From Podarcis erhardii (Eukaryota), in the NCBI GenBank assembly GCA_964252035.1, contig OZ176212.1: 64,000 bases of DNA; one strand, given 5' to 3'. Below, piece by piece: positions 59,044 to 64,000 of this stretch. The notes beneath the pieces are model-generated. The model saw nothing but the letters and a program-made list of their open reading frames with translations, was not told the origin of the DNA and did not search any database. Position 1 is the stretch's first letter; each line of letters opens with the position of its first letter. A program made the position numbers and the translations under genes.

Positions 59044-60670
59044 GTGAGTGGTAAGGGGGGGGGGGTCAAAGTAAGGAACCACTGTTTCAGCCTACAGAGC
59101 TGAAGGCAGAGGGTCCCCACCCCCCTTCCATGGCAGAAATGGGGAGGATCTTACTCCCTTTTGTAAGCAGAGACTGGTGATCTTAAGACTTGAATGTCTT
59201 TCTTTAAAAACACACACACAACCTATTATACATTAAAATAATAGATCACCATACAGAAAAGAGATGCTCTTCCAAGTGACAGATATGAACAGAGCTCATT
59301 CCAGCATATAATCACCAATGCCCTTCTCTATAAGAATTCATTACAATTTCCTCCACCAACAAACAAAATTATGCCACTATTGTGCCCCCATTTAGCAGTT
59401 CCACTGGCTCAGAGACAGCAATGACCAGGCTATTGACCAGCGATGACCCTAGGCATCCCCTGTAGGCATGGATTCAGCCCCGCCCCCATGCTCACCAACC
59501 AGCTCAGAATGCAGTGCTCAAAAGGGGAGGAAGGAAAGCTCACAAAGTGCACAGCCCATCTGGGACAAAGGTTCGAGACCCACCTGAGGTGTGGAAGACA
59601 CTTTTGCTGAGGAAAGGGGCCAGGACATAAACGGTGGTAGCCATAGCCATATATTGGCGGCGGCCGTAACCTCCAGTGGTTCACTCCATAGTGACAGAGT
59701 TGGGAAGAAGATGATGGAGGTGGAAGCATCACCAGAGGGAAATAGGGGAGGGAAATGCCCCTGGGATACCTCCCTCCCTGCAAAGGAATTATATAAGGAA
59801 CAAGAGAAAGGGAGCTTCTGGGACTCCAGCCCACTGAGTCATAGCAGCAAGACAAGTTATGGGGAATTTTGTTTCCTCAGCTCACAAATCTCGTCATAGA
59901 CACCAGGGCTGCAGGAGGAGCCCTGGCCAGGTATCAGGCAGCATCCCTTGAGATGGGGGTTCTGTGTTTCAAATTGAGGAAACGGCAGTGTGCGTTAGGT
60001 TCCCACTCCCAGGCCCAGCTGATCCTCCTGGGAGCAGTTCTGCATGGACTAGTCGCCTGGCTGGGCCTGCCATGCCTTCTGACCCATCCTTTCCCTCTGG
60101 CAGCCCAAAGGAGGTGAGGAGAGGAATCCTGACCCTTGGAGAAACAGGAATGCCTCTTGAAATGCTGGCCTGTGACTCACCCACCCCTCTAGGTTTTCCC
60201 TCACAAAAGCATCAAGTCTTGATAAATTGCTGCAATAATATGTTCTCTCCTTCTTTTTCTTCATTTCTTGTTCAATTCTCACATTTCTCCACCCTCCTCT
60301 CCCGTTGTCCTAATCCTCCACCATTCTTTCCCCCCCTTGCTGTTGCAAACCAACCGGCTGGCCTGCCACACACAATCACTTGCTTCCATTTTTCTCCTCC
60401 ACCTCTTCTTTCTCTCACCTTCCATCCTTTCTCTCTGCATATCCTCCTTTTCTTATCTATGGATGCTGCTCCTGAATGTTCAACACCTGCATTACCTGCT
60501 TGTTTTACTTACTGTTTTTTGCCTGGTCCCTGGGCTGTTCCCTTTCCTTCCCCCTTCCCTGGTGCTGGTATATTTGACTCTAATTTATCCTGCCTTTAAT
60601 TTCTGCTCCCCAAATTTCGGCTTCCATTGGGTCACTGCCTCCTTCTGTCGGTCCTTCCCATTTCCTGTGA

Positions 60671-61237
<567 letters not shown>

Positions 61238-64000
61238 TTCCCCCTCCTGGCTTTGCCTGAACCCACTTTGACAGCCCTCCAGTCTCTTATTTCCGTCTAG
61301 TTATTGAGGAAGCTCCTGCTGTGCTCCCCTGGGGCTCTTCCTTGTCAGCCCCCTTCACCCTTTCCCGCAGTTTCTAGTGCTAAAGGCAAGCTCTGCCTTT
61401 GTAAGGCAAGTGGGATGCTTTTATCCTGGCACAATCATCTTTCTGGGAAGCATCATCTGACCAGGCGCTCCTGTTTATATGTCAGCTGGTTAAAGGCTAT
61501 GGAGAGATGAACTGGATTAAATTCACTCCATTTGCTTCCATCTTAAGAACTGGCAAAATGACTGCCCAGTGGGAGTAGCAGGGGAGCAGGTTAGTGGGAC
61601 AGAGTACATCCCACGCGTAGGTAAGGTGCTGTGGTGGAGAGGTTGCTTCAGACTGGCTGTGCAGGTACAGTAACACCTATAGGACCGCCAAGGCATTCAT
61701 CAGAGACGGTGTCTGCTGCCTTGCAAATAAGCAACTGGGTGACACATTTTTCTTACACAACACTCCCCTGCATACTGCTTATTTGTGGCACGTCAGCAGC
61801 CCCAAAGGGCTGAATAAACATTGGCAGAAATTTCCCTGCCTTGTTGCTCGGAGGCCAGTTGTGTTTGCCGTAGGTAAGTGTGTGTGTTTGTGAGCTTGTT
61901 TTAACAGCTCCAGAACTTGGGGCAGGGATGCTCAAGGTGGCTCGGCCTTCCCCTGAAGGCAATGCCGGTCTCCTTAAGAAGTTAGTGTAGGCAATGGATT
62001 TACCTGCCTCACGTGCCATCTCACTGCTCCCCTCCCCTTTCCAGCCTGCTGTGAAGCAAGACTAGAACTGGAGGGCGATTGCTGAACAGGCTGCAGTGGT
62101 CTTGCCTCTTGGCCACTTCCTTTCTTTTTTATTTTACATCCGATGCTACTGGCACCTTCTTAAGCTTTTCTCTTCCTGTTGCCTTTTTGCTATAACAGTC
62201 CTTAGCCTGGAGGAATGAACTGCAGCATTTGGCTGCCTCTAAATAATTCCCTATAGTCTCCCAAAGAAATTCCCACATCCCAAGGTTTCCTTGCATCTCT
62301 TTACCACCATGGGCACCACCTGCCCTCTCTCATGTTTTCCTGTTACAGGTTCTGAAGCTGGGCTGTGTTTGGTGGCAAGCCACTTGCACTTCCTTTTTCG
62401 CTTCCTGAGACAGAGACTGTGTGTGCCCTCCAACACCTCTGTGGCTTCAAGCTGCCACCTTATGTGTGAGCAAGGGTTTTGTTTGTTCTCTGCTCCTTTG
62501 GGATGTCTCCTCTTTATTCAGTGTAATTAATGGACTGTTTCCACTGTGCCTGTAATTTATCACCCAGTTTTTTCCTCTGTGTTAAAAAAATAATAATTTA
62601 AAAGGAAAATGTAAAAAAACAACAATTTACTAAGAGGATTTAAATTAAAGCATTTTGAATAAAACTCAGCAATGTGTGGTTTTAATTTTTCATGTTTGTA
62701 TAATTGCTGCAAAAATGTGCAAATTTGTGGCTAGTTAAGGATATTCCTGGCTTGGAACTAGGAGAGGAAGAGTTGGATGTTGGCAACCAATTCAAATCCT
62801 CAGCTGTATATTATCTGGGAGTCAGAGTTAAGTTGGGTGTTACTCAGTTTGTTACTAATTTGTAAAATTAATGGCATGCCCTCAGTTTTGTTGTGAGGAT
62901 GAGAGAATTATTGTGAAATGTACACTAAATGGCACAGTAGAATTTTGTATAGAAACACCAGTCCCAGCTAAAGCTAGGCAGGTCTGGGTCTGGGCTGTGT
63001 CTGGATGGCTGACTGCCTGAGAACCACATATACTTTGCCTTGGGCTCCATGATGGAATAAATGTATGTCAGTGACGTGGAGAAGTTGTCTGATGAAATAC
63101 CCTTGCCACAGCATTGGATAAAGTTATCTTGAAGCTGTGGTGCTACTCTCTGGAAAGTGGGAAAAAATGTGCAATAGAAAGCAAAGGAAGTGGGAGAGAA
63201 ACACAGGTGCCCGATTCAGAAAAGGGATTTCCTTCATATTTGGTGAACTTAGCTTTTTGCTAGTGTGGAGTTCTCCTATGAAAGCCCCACTGGAGGAACA
63301 GGAGGGAAAATGTGCTGTTAAAGAACCTCAGTGGGGTGTGTGGAGAGCTTCACAGCGGTTCCCAAATGGTGGTACGCAGACCCCTCAGGGGGTCCATCTA
63401 ACCCACTCTGGGGTCCATGGCATATACCCATCAACTGTCTGAAAATGCATGAGTATGCAGCGCCCAAAGCCACGTGTTTTGGGGTGCTTTGACTCACGGA
63501 GGAGCGCAGCCCAGAATATGCACATCCTGGTTCTGGTAACCACTGATCTAGATCATGAAAGGCATGGGTGTACCTATACTTTGGCAAATGTTGCAGCCAA
63601 CTTTAAAAAAAAAAAAAGTGGTTGTATTCCAGCCATTGTAGGGGGAAACCAGTCATATCTCAAGCCATGAGTGTTGCAGTCATTGAAATTGTGAAACGCA
63701 TAAAGTAAAACAAAAAAACCTGAGAGCCTATCTCTCCTATAGGAATAAGAAAGCAGTATGAATGGAAGCGAATATTAACCTCTGCCTTGTGGGTGAATTA
63801 TGACTCATGGCATAGAATTTGAAAACAATGTCCTGCCCCCTTTTACAGTGCATCTACTATGCAGCTGATGGCTACTCCCTTTGGGAGTCCACATTTAGGT
63901 GGGAGAATGTTGCTGCTGTTGCTGTGCTCGTGTCTTGTTTTTAAGAGTTCCCCGTAGGCATTATTAGAAGAATTTTAAGGTCTCATATATAGAATATTCA

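Overview
Vertebrate genomic DNA, almost certainly a squamate and probably a lacertid lizard, judged from Sauria SINE, Squam3-type SINEs, BovB and Penelope content. The window is a gene-dense, CpG-island-rich block syntenic with human 19q13.42: ZNF524 (+), ZNF865 (+), ZNF784 (-), one ZNF581/ZNF580-like gene (-) and a five-coding-exon CCDC106 (+). Introns and intergenic DNA carry SINEs, LINE 3' fragments (BovB, L1, CR1, Penelope) and Tc1/mariner and hAT MITEs. Main points of interest: (1) two Penelope-derived inserts, identical over 114 nt, each with a minimal type-I hammerhead ribozyme motif, both antisense to their host genes; (2) a ZNF784 whose three-finger module is duplicated across a ~410-aa linker; (3) an orphan CpG island at ~33 kb with first-exon architecture; (4) a CCDC106 C-terminal extension that re-creates the terminal FKR; (5) a single, inverted ZNF580/581-type gene. 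All comparisons with human proteins and gene order are from memory and were not checked by search.
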